A stretch of DNA of 24,655 nt, from the IMG/VR virus record IMGVR_UViG_3300005915_002008, positions 1-24,655 of that record. One strand, written 5' to 3'. Numbering within the stretch: position 1 is the first letter of the stretch; the number at the start of each line of letters is the position of its first letter. Position numbers and translations under genes: made by a program. Shown one piece after another: positions 6,165-14,366 of the stretch. The notes below the pieces were generated by a model. It did no database searches. It had not been told where the DNA came from and was given only the letters and a program-made list of their open reading frames with translations. This DNA is from a virus.

Positions 6165-6839
6165 TTATTTAGTATTGAATTTGTCCATGAACTCGTCCAT
6201 TGACACGGTCTCGCTGTTTACATTGATGTTCACATTCTTCGATCCTTCAATTATACGATCCAGCTTCTCGATTGCGTCGATCGTGAGTTTACTCAGATCC
6301 ACCTTCAGTCTCTCAATTGGGTTCAGTACGAAACTAGAATTCTCGTTCTTGTCATAAACCCTCTGGAGCATGCCGTGCTTGTGACTGTATATATTAGCTC
6401 GGATCAGATCGGACTTACTCATTAATAAATTATTCACAATCTCATAAACTCGAGGATCATCCAGGTCATACTTATTATTGAATCGTATCACTGTTTTATT
6501 CAACTCATCCTCTTGGTATTTGCATTTAATATGATTCTCTGTGCAGTAATCAGCCGCGTTATGAAGTGCCTTGCTTTTTATTTTATTCCAGACATTTAAA
6601 AATAAAGGTTCATTATCATCATAAATCTCTTTCACATCATTATCCTTTAATGATTCCTCATATGCCTCATGCTTGAATCGTAAAATTAAATCATGTTGAC
6701 AATCACAATTTAATAAATGTTGATAATCACAATTTGGTAATAATGAATCTACTAAATTATTCTGAAATTGTGTCTTTAAATTTATACTCTCTTTCTTTAA
6801 TTCTATATTAATATTATCATTATTAATTACATTACTCAA
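6165..6839 (-). CDS. Hypothetical protein, 224 aa; C-terminal half resembles a small terminase subunit (P27-like pattern)
   Basis: TTG start with GGTGA SD and its own promoter; helix-HG-hairpin-LNP-helix pattern and an NINVN tail. The TerS resemblance is by eye and weak; confidence refers to that call. Confidence 0.4.
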   Translation of the reverse strand: MSNVINNDNINIELKKESINLKTQFQNNLVDSLLPNCDYQHLLNCDCQHDLILRFKHEAYEESLKDNDVKEIYDDNEPLFLNVWNKIKSKALHNAADYCTENHIKCKYQEDELNKTVIRFNNKYDLDDPRVYEIVNNLLMSKSDLIRANIYSHKHGMLQRVYDKNENSSFVLNPIERLKVDLSKLTIDAIEKLDRIIEGSKNVNINVNSETVSMDEFMDKFNTK

Positions 6840-6872
6840 AAATTATCACCAAATATAGATAATATATGAATA

Positions 6873-6896
6873 AAAATATTTATAAATATATTTATT
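6873..6896 (-). promoter_or_regulatory. Recurrent TATA-box promoter variant (AATAAATATATTTATAAATATTTT) for the 224-aa gene
   Basis: Matches the upstream and TATA parts of the consensus; lacks the GG. Confidence 0.55.
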
Positions 6897-7292
6897 TTTT
6901 TAGGCTTATATAATATATAAAATATATTATACTCATTATCTCTTTTCTCATTTCACAAAAAAAAAAAAGAAAAAGTATATCAAAAGCTTATATTAGATTT
7001 ATTCTATTTATTTCATTTATTCCTTAATAATAAATAGAATAAATAAAATAAATTTATTTTTATTTATTTATTATTATTATTATAATAATAAATAAGGTTA
7101 ATATATGTATTAATTATACAAAATTAATACAAATTTATGTAGATAAATATGTTTAAACTTAGTGTTTATAATACATTTATGTATTAATTTACACTTATAA
7201 ATATGACCATTAATTATTTATAATTAACTAATTTCCCAACTTTTTCATCAAATTAATTTAATAACCCTATAAAATTAACCTATTTTCAGAAA

Positions 7293-7401
7293 GAATAAAT
7301 GACGAATAAATGAAGAATAAATGGAAAATATTAATTTATTAATTATATACAATTAACAATTTATTCACCATTTATTCTTCATTTATTTTGGTTTATTCAC
7401 C
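7293..7401. repeat. Inverted arrays of 11-bp-phased GAATAAAT units (3 forward, 4 reverse) flanking an AT-rich spacer
   Basis: Forward units at 7293, 7304, 7315; reverse units at 7359, 7370, 7381, 7392. Confidence 0.6.
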
Positions 7402-7517
7402 TATAATTATTCATGGTTACTAAATTAATTTAGGTTTTTCATAGATATTACTAAAGTATTATTAATATAATAACAATAAAACCCCAACAATTTCTATTAT
7501 AATTTATAATTTATTAT

Positions 7518-7547
7518 AATAACCTTTATAAACATTTTGGTATATAA
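7518..7547 (+). promoter_or_regulatory. Recurrent TATA-box promoter (AATAACCTTTATAAACATTTTGGTATATAA)
   Basis: Consensus match upstream of the GGAGG SD and ATG 7589. Confidence 0.8.
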
Positions 7548-7588
7548 TTATATTAAATAATTCAATAATATTATCAGGAGGAATTAAT

Positions 7589-7804
7589 ATGGTTCAGAAC
7601 TTAATATTTTTAGATAATGATTTAAACAATAAATTAAAGGTTTATGCGAGTATGAAATCTATGTCTAAGAATGATTGCATTATATACATTTTAAAGGAAT
7701 ATTTGGATAACAATTTAGATTATAAGTCTTTAGAGTTACAATCTGGTAATTCGCAATCGAGTATTTCAGAGCTTAATATAGAATCAGAAGAAAAAACTAA
7801 GTAA
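7589..7804 (+). CDS. Ribbon-helix-helix (CopG/Arc-like) DNA-binding protein, 71 aa
   Basis: IFLDNDLNNKLKVYA...MSKNDCIIYILKEYL pattern; CAGGAGG SD. Confidence 0.65.
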   Translation: MVQNLIFLDNDLNNKLKVYASMKSMSKNDCIIYILKEYLDNNLDYKSLELQSGNSQSSISELNIESEEKTK

Positions 7805-7866
7805 TAATATAGAATATATAATAATATAGAATATATAATATATATATGAGATATAGATGATAATTA

Positions 7867-10740
7867 ATGGGCAATAATTTAAATACAAATCATATAGTTA
7901 GAAATGAAATGATGAATTTGTTTCCGCAGATTAAGAAGTATTGTGGGAACACGACTGGGTCATTTCTAAACACACCAATTTTTGTTATATTATATTTATT
8001 ATACAGTGATAATAGATTTAATAGTATAAAAAATCATGTGTATAAAGAAGATGGGATGATATATTTATATTATCATCAATATAATAGCATAGAAGATTTT
8101 AATAAAATGTCTAAAAAAGATAAAATTGAAGAGAATATAATATTTTATAAATTTCTAAATAATAATGGGAATAAGAACCAAACAAAGAGAGTAATGAATT
8201 TATTAAATCAGTACCAAGGAAATAAGGATTTAATGGATATTAAGCTTGACCATTCGAACTTTGCGTATTATATAAGATTCAATGAGAATATTAGTAATAT
8301 ATTCATAAACTATTTCGAAAGAATTATAAAGAATAATGGGAGATATAACAATCCGAATAATGAGATTAGAACTAGCATGGATGATGAAAATGATAATAAT
8401 GAAAATGAAAATAATGAAAATATAAATAAAGAGAATATAAATAGCATAATAAAGAATAATATTGTAACAGTGACTGATTATTTTATTGATAAAAAATTTA
8501 AGACATTACAAGAGGCTAAGGATATATATAAAAATAAATGTATATACATTCCGAATAGATTCAAGGAAGATCCACAATGCATACTTAATAATTATTATAA
8601 TTATTACATTCCTAAGATTGCGTTTTCGATGATGGACTTTCATAAATTAATAAATTCTAATGATGATTGTAGATTTATAATGAATCCCGAAATTAAGATA
8701 TCCACGTTCGATTATAATGCACTCGGGATGGTGCAGAATGTGCAATTTAGAATTGATGAGATAATAGAAATTAATGAATCATCTGGAGAAAAGTTCGTAG
8801 CAATGTATAAATATATCTGCCCGAGAAAAGAATGCCACGAGAGTGTGCAGATTCTACCAGAGGACATTCATCAAGAACTTCTACATGGATGTAAGAATTA
8901 TATAACAGAAGATAATAGACAAAAGTTTACGAAAATTAAACCTTCTGCATTGAAAAATGATAAAATGAAGTATATATATCTATATAAATGTAAGATTAAA
9001 ATTGCTGAGAATAAAGGGAAAAAGAATTGGAAGGAGATATATATATATAGCTTTAATAATGATATGAAAATTGGTAGATATTATGGGAATATAATTGTGT
9101 TTGATGATAAATTGAATAAAGATGAATCTAAAAATCGGACATTAGTGTTCTTACTCGGATATAACATGATTAAACCAGATGCGAATATAGAAATGATAAA
9201 TAATGAGACTGTACAGAGTGCTAGCAAAAGTTTCTGTGAGAAGATCGGAATGCCACATATTAGACTTATAGATACTGTGTTCGGTGTAAGGTATGTATAC
9301 AAAAAGTTCACGAACTTCGATTTCGAGGATAAAGGGATGTGGCTACAGATTATCACGACCATATCAGAACTCGCAAGGAATCTTTTCGAGCATGAGAAGT
9401 TCGGGATTAATGTGATTAGTAACATGTCACTCGGAAAAACTTTCATTGCGACTAAGTTCGCGCAAATGCTGGACTTGAAGTTCAAGCATTCACCAGATAT
9501 ATCATCGAACATGAGCGAAAAGGGATTCACGGGTGGAATTAATAATAATGGAATGAACATTAATGGTGTGAATATCAAGACTTTTCAGAAGGGTATTGTT
9601 TCATTTGGGGGTACAATTGTCATGGATGAAGCGACTAAATTCTTTACTGATAGTAACTATAACATGGCATTAAAAGGATTCTTTAATAAGAATATAGACA
9701 TTGCCAAGATTGGGGGGAAGACACTTGAGGTTGATTATACACCGATTATGCTTTCGAACTTCGATAGAATTGATAAAGAATATAGAAATGATATATATAA
9801 ATATTATAAAACTAAATGCTTCAAAAATAATGAAGAAGAGATTAATATTCATGAAAATTCGAACACTGAGATCCTGAGATATTTAAATAAAATAGATTTA
9901 TATTTACCAATATCATATTACCAAAATAGTCCGATTGAGAATAAAATACTCGCAGAGTCTGTGTATTATGTTCGGAATGTCTGGACAAAGAATAAGAAGC
10001 TAGACTATAAAAATGGGGGATTAATTGAGGCAATGAATAGAATATTCTTTAATGTCTCGGTTTGGAATACATTGAATGTAAAAAAGAAGAAGTTTAAATC
10101 TGCACATAATATGCTATGTGACATTGAGGATGAGATATTACCAATAAATGAATTTATTGATCAGATTCATGAATATTATAATCCTGAGAATAAGAATATA
10201 CAATTATTTTATGAATATAAAATGTCCGGGAGCAAGGAAGAAAAGCAGATAAAGAAGTTATATAGTAGTATAGAGAAATGGCTCGAGGGCAAGGACTGCG
10301 AGAACATGATTGAGTTTATTACAAACAGCACATATGAAATAGACCCAAAGACAGAGTCGTTATTGCATTCTATGATTGCAGTGATTCAGTTATGTGAGGA
10401 CATAAATTCAACAGAAATTTCTGAGAACGTGAAAAAGTGGGTTGTGTTATTAGTTCTGAAAAATAATAGAGGAATTTCAGAGAGAGAATATAATTTTGAA
10501 AAGAACTTAATGCATATTGATGTTGTGAATTATGATGTGATTGAGCTTGAGGAAGAATTAAAAGAAATTACTGAAGAGAATAAAATTAATGAAAAAGCTA
10601 GAATTGAATTACAAAAAGAGAAGATACAGAAAAAAGAAGAAAATATAAATAATCCGAATGAAAATGAATTGAATGAAAATAAAGACATGAGCATTGAAAT
10701 TAATAATATAAACGAAAAAGAATTTAATGAAATAGAATAA
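7867..10740 (+). CDS. mcm: Divergent MCM-family replicative helicase, 957 aa, with a long N-terminal extension and acidic C-terminal tail
   Basis: Zn-finger-like YICPRKECH...HGC; Walker A SNMSLGKT (about 9433); MCM-like SEKGFTGG and KGIVSFGGTIVMDE (Walker B, about 9622); pre-sensor-1 hairpin IDIAKIGG; sensor 1 LSN; Arg-finger-like MNRIFF. Confidence 0.85.
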   Translation: MGNNLNTNHIVRNEMMNLFPQIKKYCGNTTGSFLNTPIFVILYLLYSDNRFNSIKNHVYKEDGMIYLYYHQYNSIEDFNKMSKKDKIEENIIFYKFLNNNGNKNQTKRVMNLLNQYQGNKDLMDIKLDHSNFAYYIRFNENISNIFINYFERIIKNNGRYNNPNNEIRTSMDDENDNNENENNENINKENINSIIKNNIVTVTDYFIDKKFKTLQEAKDIYKNKCIYIPNRFKEDPQCILNNYYNYYIPKIAFSMMDFHKLINSNDDCRFIMNPEIKISTFDYNALGMVQNVQFRIDEIIEINESSGEKFVAMYKYICPRKECHESVQILPEDIHQELLHGCKNYITEDNRQKFTKIKPSALKNDKMKYIYLYKCKIKIAENKGKKNWKEIYIYSFNNDMKIGRYYGNIIVFDDKLNKDESKNRTLVFLLGYNMIKPDANIEMINNETVQSASKSFCEKIGMPHIRLIDTVFGVRYVYKKFTNFDFEDKGMWLQIITTISELARNLFEHEKFGINVISNMSLGKTFIATKFAQMLDLKFKHSPDISSNMSEKGFTGGINNNGMNINGVNIKTFQKGIVSFGGTIVMDEATKFFTDSNYNMALKGFFNKNIDIAKIGGKTLEVDYTPIMLSNFDRIDKEYRNDIYKYYKTKCFKNNEEEINIHENSNTEILRYLNKIDLYLPISYYQNSPIENKILAESVYYVRNVWTKNKKLDYKNGGLIEAMNRIFFNVSVWNTLNVKKKKFKSAHNMLCDIEDEILPINEFIDQIHEYYNPENKNIQLFYEYKMSGSKEEKQIKKLYSSIEKWLEGKDCENMIEFITNSTYEIDPKTESLLHSMIAVIQLCEDINSTEISENVKKWVVLLVLKNNRGISEREYNFEKNLMHIDVVNYDVIELEEELKEITEENKINEKARIELQKEKIQKKEENINNPNENELNENKDMSIEINNINEKEFNEIE

Positions 10741-10811
10741 ATAGAATATAAAAAATGGAGATGCAGAATTAAATAGTATGAATAGTGAGGAATTCGAAGA
10801 CATACAATAAT

Positions 10812-10846
10812 AAATTAAATACATTTAAAAAGGTTTTTATATATAA
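10812..10846 (+). promoter_or_regulatory. Degenerate copy of the recurrent promoter (AAATTAAATACATTTAAAAAGGTTTTTATATATAA)
   Basis: Same spacing between a TATA-like TTTAAAAA and TATATAA as in the consensus. Confidence 0.45.
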
Positions 10847-10896
10847 TATTATTATAATAGTAGTATTATATTAATATATAGTATGGAGAATATAAT

Positions 10897-11013
10897 ATGA
10901 ACTTAACACAAATACAAGTAACAGTAAAAACTAGAGAATTATTGAAATCAAAAAAGATTACAAATAGAGAATCTTATGATGAAATAATTAATAGATTAAT
11001 AAAAATTAATTGA
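10897..11013 (+). CDS. Archaeal-type small RHH/antitoxin-like protein, 38 aa (MNLTQIQVTVKTRELLKSKKITNRESYDEIINRLIKIN)
   Basis: Hand translation; TxIQV..KT...L..K...RESYDEII.RL pattern typical of small archaeal RHH proteins; GGAG SD. Confidence 0.7.
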   Translation: MNLTQIQVTVKTRELLKSKKITNRESYDEIINRLIKIN

Positions 11014-11019
11014 GAATAA

Positions 11020-11862
11020 ATGAGAAAAGGACAGAAAATTTCAGAAGAAACAAGAAAAAAAATGAGTGAATGGCATAAAGGAAAAATATGTTCTAAAGAA
11101 ACACGAAAAAAAATGAGTATAGTAAATAAAGGAAAAATATTATCAGAAGAAACAAAAAATAAAATAAGTATAGCAAAGAAAGGACATAAAGTTTCAGAAG
11201 AAACAAAAATAAAGATTGGATTAGCAAATAAGGGGCATATAGCTTGGAATAAAGGAAAAGAACGTTCAAAAGAAACAAGACAAAAAATAAGTAAATCAAA
11301 TAAAGGTAGAATTTCACCAATGAAAGGTAAAAACCATTTAGAAGAAACAAAAAGAAAAATGAGTTTAGTTCATAAAGGAAAAATAATGTCACAAGAAGCA
11401 AAAAAAAAAATGAGTATTGTAAAAAAAGGATGTATTCCTTGGATTAAAGGTAAAACACATTCAATAGAAACAAAAAAAAAATTAAGTGAATATCGTAAAG
11501 GTAAAACACATTCAATAGAAACAAAAAAAAAATTAAGAATTATACGTTTAGAACAAATTAAAAAATATTTTAATTCTCAACCATATATAAATGTAGGAAA
11601 GAATGAAAGTCAGATATTAGATAATATTGAAAATATTGATAATATTATTATTAATAGAGATTTTACATGTATAGGTTATCATCCTGACGGTTATTGTAAA
11701 GAAACAAATACAATATATGAAATTGATGAAAAATATCATTTTGATTATAATGGGAATATAAATAAGAAAGATATAATAAGACAGAATAATTTAATTGAGA
11801 AATTGAATTGTGAGTTTGTTAGGATAAAGGATTTTGAAGATTCTAAATATTTTAAGGTGTAA
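11020..11862 (+). CDS. Free-standing homing endonuclease-like protein: tandem NUMOD3 repeats plus C-terminal Vsr-like/PD-(D/E)XK nuclease, 280 aa
   Basis: About 8 repeats of (H)SxETKxKMSxxxKGK; C-terminal PDGY...IYEIDEKYH...D..RQ..L..KL.C.FVRI. Confidence 0.85.
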   Translation: MRKGQKISEETRKKMSEWHKGKICSKETRKKMSIVNKGKILSEETKNKISIAKKGHKVSEETKIKIGLANKGHIAWNKGKERSKETRQKISKSNKGRISPMKGKNHLEETKRKMSLVHKGKIMSQEAKKKMSIVKKGCIPWIKGKTHSIETKKKLSEYRKGKTHSIETKKKLRIIRLEQIKKYFNSQPYINVGKNESQILDNIENIDNIIINRDFTCIGYHPDGYCKETNTIYEIDEKYHFDYNGNINKKDIIRQNNLIEKLNCEFVRIKDFEDSKYFKV

Positions 11863-13149
11863 ATGAATATGAATGAAAATTATATATATTTTTTTAATAA
11901 TATTATAACATTCCAAAAATTCATAGAAATAAGGATTTTTGGTGTGAAATCTTACCCAATTATGAAATATGCACAAAATATGGAAGAATTACAAAAATAC
12001 ATTAAATTACACAATAGGTCTAACCTATATTGTAGTATTAACCCAAGAGTTACTAAAAGTGGTAAAAGCATTAATGTTAGTTATAGAAAAAACATATTCT
12101 TCGACATTGAGGGTATTAAAAACAAGCCCGTACTTACTGATTTAGGGTATTATAATAAGCTTAAAGATACAATAAACTATATTTCTAAATTATTCAATGA
12201 AAAATATGGTATGAATGTGAATTGCGTGGTTAAATCTGGACGTGGAATGCATGTATATTTCACAATACAGAATTTAGATAATAAATATCAAATTAAATAC
12301 ATAAAATGGTATAATGAAATTGTGAAATTTATAAACGAGAATTCACCCTATCATAATGAAATTAAATGTGACCCGCCAGTCAAGGATCTTCCGAGAATAG
12401 CAGGACTGCCAGGAACAATAAACTGGAAATATCCGGAAAAGCCTGTAAGGGAGATTGTGTATATTAATGAAAAGATTAATACAGGGTTTGAAAGTGTCTT
12501 AGATAATATAAAAGAGACTAAAACTAAGATGATCACAGAAAAAAGGACAATTAAAAAGTGCGGGAATAAAAAGAGATACACGAATGCAGACATTCTCGAT
12601 GCACCGGAGTTCCAGGTCTGGAAGTTCAAGCCAAAGCAAGGAACTTCATTAAATAATATTCTGCGGTTAGTTGGGAAACTTCTAATTGATCGAGATAGCA
12701 TAACCGATACATCTAAGATTTCTGAGTTCATACAGGATTGTGGTTATCCTTGGAAAGAAATGAATTTCGATCGGAGTCAATATCCTGATTATGAGTATAG
12801 TGAATCGATTCTTAATAAATATGTGATTCATAACATGCAATGGTCAGTCAATGTTGGATTTAAACTCCCATATAAACTATTTGAGGAAAAAGTTATAGAT
12901 AATTCAATCTCGCACATTGAAATTGATTATGATACAGAATTTATTGGTTATAATATAAATACTTTGAATGACTTAATTGGGTTCATAAAAGTATTTAATA
13001 AAAAATATTGTGATAATAGAGTTAATAATGGGATGAAATATTATACAAAGGCATTAGAGCAAAATATAGAAATTAATATAAAGAGTGAAATATTAAGAAA
13101 GTTTATAGAATTTAATAATTTAATTGAAAGATTAAAATACATTATATAA
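11863..13149 (+). CDS. Archaeo-eukaryotic primase superfamily (prim-pol/RepB'-like) protein, 428 aa
   Basis: Motif I FFDIE (DxE), motif II KSGRGMHVY, motif III D....D..RI..LPGTIN.K. Confidence 0.85.
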   Translation: MNMNENYIYFFNNIITFQKFIEIRIFGVKSYPIMKYAQNMEELQKYIKLHNRSNLYCSINPRVTKSGKSINVSYRKNIFFDIEGIKNKPVLTDLGYYNKLKDTINYISKLFNEKYGMNVNCVVKSGRGMHVYFTIQNLDNKYQIKYIKWYNEIVKFINENSPYHNEIKCDPPVKDLPRIAGLPGTINWKYPEKPVREIVYINEKINTGFESVLDNIKETKTKMITEKRTIKKCGNKKRYTNADILDAPEFQVWKFKPKQGTSLNNILRLVGKLLIDRDSITDTSKISEFIQDCGYPWKEMNFDRSQYPDYEYSESILNKYVIHNMQWSVNVGFKLPYKLFEEKVIDNSISHIEIDYDTEFIGYNINTLNDLIGFIKVFNKKYCDNRVNNGMKYYTKALEQNIEINIKSEILRKFIEFNNLIERLKYII

Positions 13150-13158
13150 ATTTACATT

Positions 13159-13191
13159 AATAAATATGTTTATAAATGTTTTGGTATATAA
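13159..13191 (+). promoter_or_regulatory. Recurrent TATA-box promoter (AATAAATATGTTTATAAATGTTTTGGTATATAA)
   Basis: Exact 33-bp match to the minus-strand copy at 5254..5286. Confidence 0.8.
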
Positions 13192-13226
13192 ATATGTATA
13201 TAAACAACTAAATTTATGGTGAAATT

Positions 13227-13445
13227 ATGAATAAAAATGAATTAGTATATAGTGATTATTTTAACACTATGTTTACTGTTAAAGTAAATGGAAAATTGAA
13301 GGATAAAATAAAAAAGCATATTAAGGATAGTAAAGGTCTTTGGCAAAACTTGTTTGATGACTTTTTAAGGGATTATGCTAAACAGAACAATATAGAATTC
13401 AACACCCTCAAGGTTAGAAAGATCGAATCAATCATAACTGACTAG
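13227..13445 (+). CDS. Small putative DNA-binding protein (RHH-like), 72 aa
   Basis: MFTVKVNGKLKDKIKKHI...WQNLFDDFLRDYA strand-helix-helix pattern; GGTGA SD. Confidence 0.5.
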   Translation: MNKNELVYSDYFNTMFTVKVNGKLKDKIKKHIKDSKGLWQNLFDDFLRDYAKQNNIEFNTLKVRKIESIITD

Positions 13446-13560
13446 AACTTCAATGTTTTAATTTTTTCTTAATTCGGTTTTTCTAATCTTATTTATAGTT
13501 AATAACTAATAGTTATCAAATAAAAAAAAGACTGCCAGGATTGGCAATGGAGGAATTAAC

Positions 13561-14310
13561 ATGACAACAAATAAAACAAATCTGAATGGGGATAAAGTCG
13601 AGATTCTTGAGGCGAATGAGAACATAGAAATTTTCAAGTCTGAAGAAGTCAAAGCTGAATCTAATTCTAATTCTAAAGAACAAGGTTCTGAAGCAGATGA
13701 AATAAGTAAAATAGACTCTGTGGATAAAATAACTTTTAATGATGAAACAGAACCTAAATCAGATCCTATGGAGCTTCAAGACTTTGCAGATTCTATTAAT
13801 TATGATATAGAATTTAATGAAGATGAAGAGCTTGAAGAAGACAAGGAAACTAAAGAGAAATATACAAAAAAGATATATACAATAGATAGAGTTGAAGTTG
13901 GTCAACCTAAGCAATTTGATAATGAAGGAAATAAAATTGCACCATTAATTAGTGATAATGGAGCTTTATTCTATGAATCGAAATTGATTGTGTTCTATAA
14001 GGATTCTACTTATAAATCTGTGATACCAAAAATTAAGTGGTATGTGAATAAAGATATTACAACTGGAAAAGAAACTCTAACACCTTGGTTTGCAATTAAA
14101 GAAGATTCAACAATTGAGGAACAATTTATTTCGGTACTTTCTAAAGTGTATTATAAATTTTGTAAATATATGAATTTAGAATCTGGTAAGGTTTCAATGA
14201 AAGACTTTATTACTAAGCTTCCTGGATTAAAGGTTAATCTTTATAATACAAAAGGTAAGTTTAAAGGAACTACATGGAATAGAATTGATATTGTGAAATT
14301 TGTAAAATAA
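13561..14310 (+). CDS. Putative single-stranded DNA-binding protein (OB-fold, DUF669-like end) with an acidic N-terminal region, 249 aa
   Basis: GGAGG SD; C-terminal L.G.KV.L....G.F.G...N.I...F pattern; located between primase and nuclease-helicase genes. Function is inferred. Confidence 0.4.
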   Translation: MTTNKTNLNGDKVEILEANENIEIFKSEEVKAESNSNSKEQGSEADEISKIDSVDKITFNDETEPKSDPMELQDFADSINYDIEFNEDEELEEDKETKEKYTKKIYTIDRVEVGQPKQFDNEGNKIAPLISDNGALFYESKLIVFYKDSTYKSVIPKIKWYVNKDITTGKETLTPWFAIKEDSTIEEQFISVLSKVYYKFCKYMNLESGKVSMKDFITKLPGLKVNLYNTKGKFKGTTWNRIDIVKFVK

Positions 14311-14322
14311 GTTTTACAATTA

Positions 14323-14337
14323 TTTTTTTTCTTTTTT
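14323..14337 (+). terminator. Candidate archaeal oligo(T) terminator (T8-C-T6)
   Basis: T tract 12 nt after the stop of 13561..14310; T tracts are common in this AT-rich DNA. Confidence 0.35.
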
Positions 14338-14366
14338 ATTTATTTATTTATTAGGTATGAAAATAT

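Noticed and set aside
328-6357. Plus-strand ORFs in the left arm (328, 650, 1241, 3770, 3963, 4349, 6175)
   Set aside because: Antisense shadows of better-supported minus-strand genes, with F/L/I/S-rich composition typical of reverse-read AT-rich coding DNA.
7804-7837. 2 x 17-bp tandem ATAATATAGAATATATA upstream of mcm
   Set aside because: Low-complexity AT sequence consistent with replication slippage; no other copies were seen.
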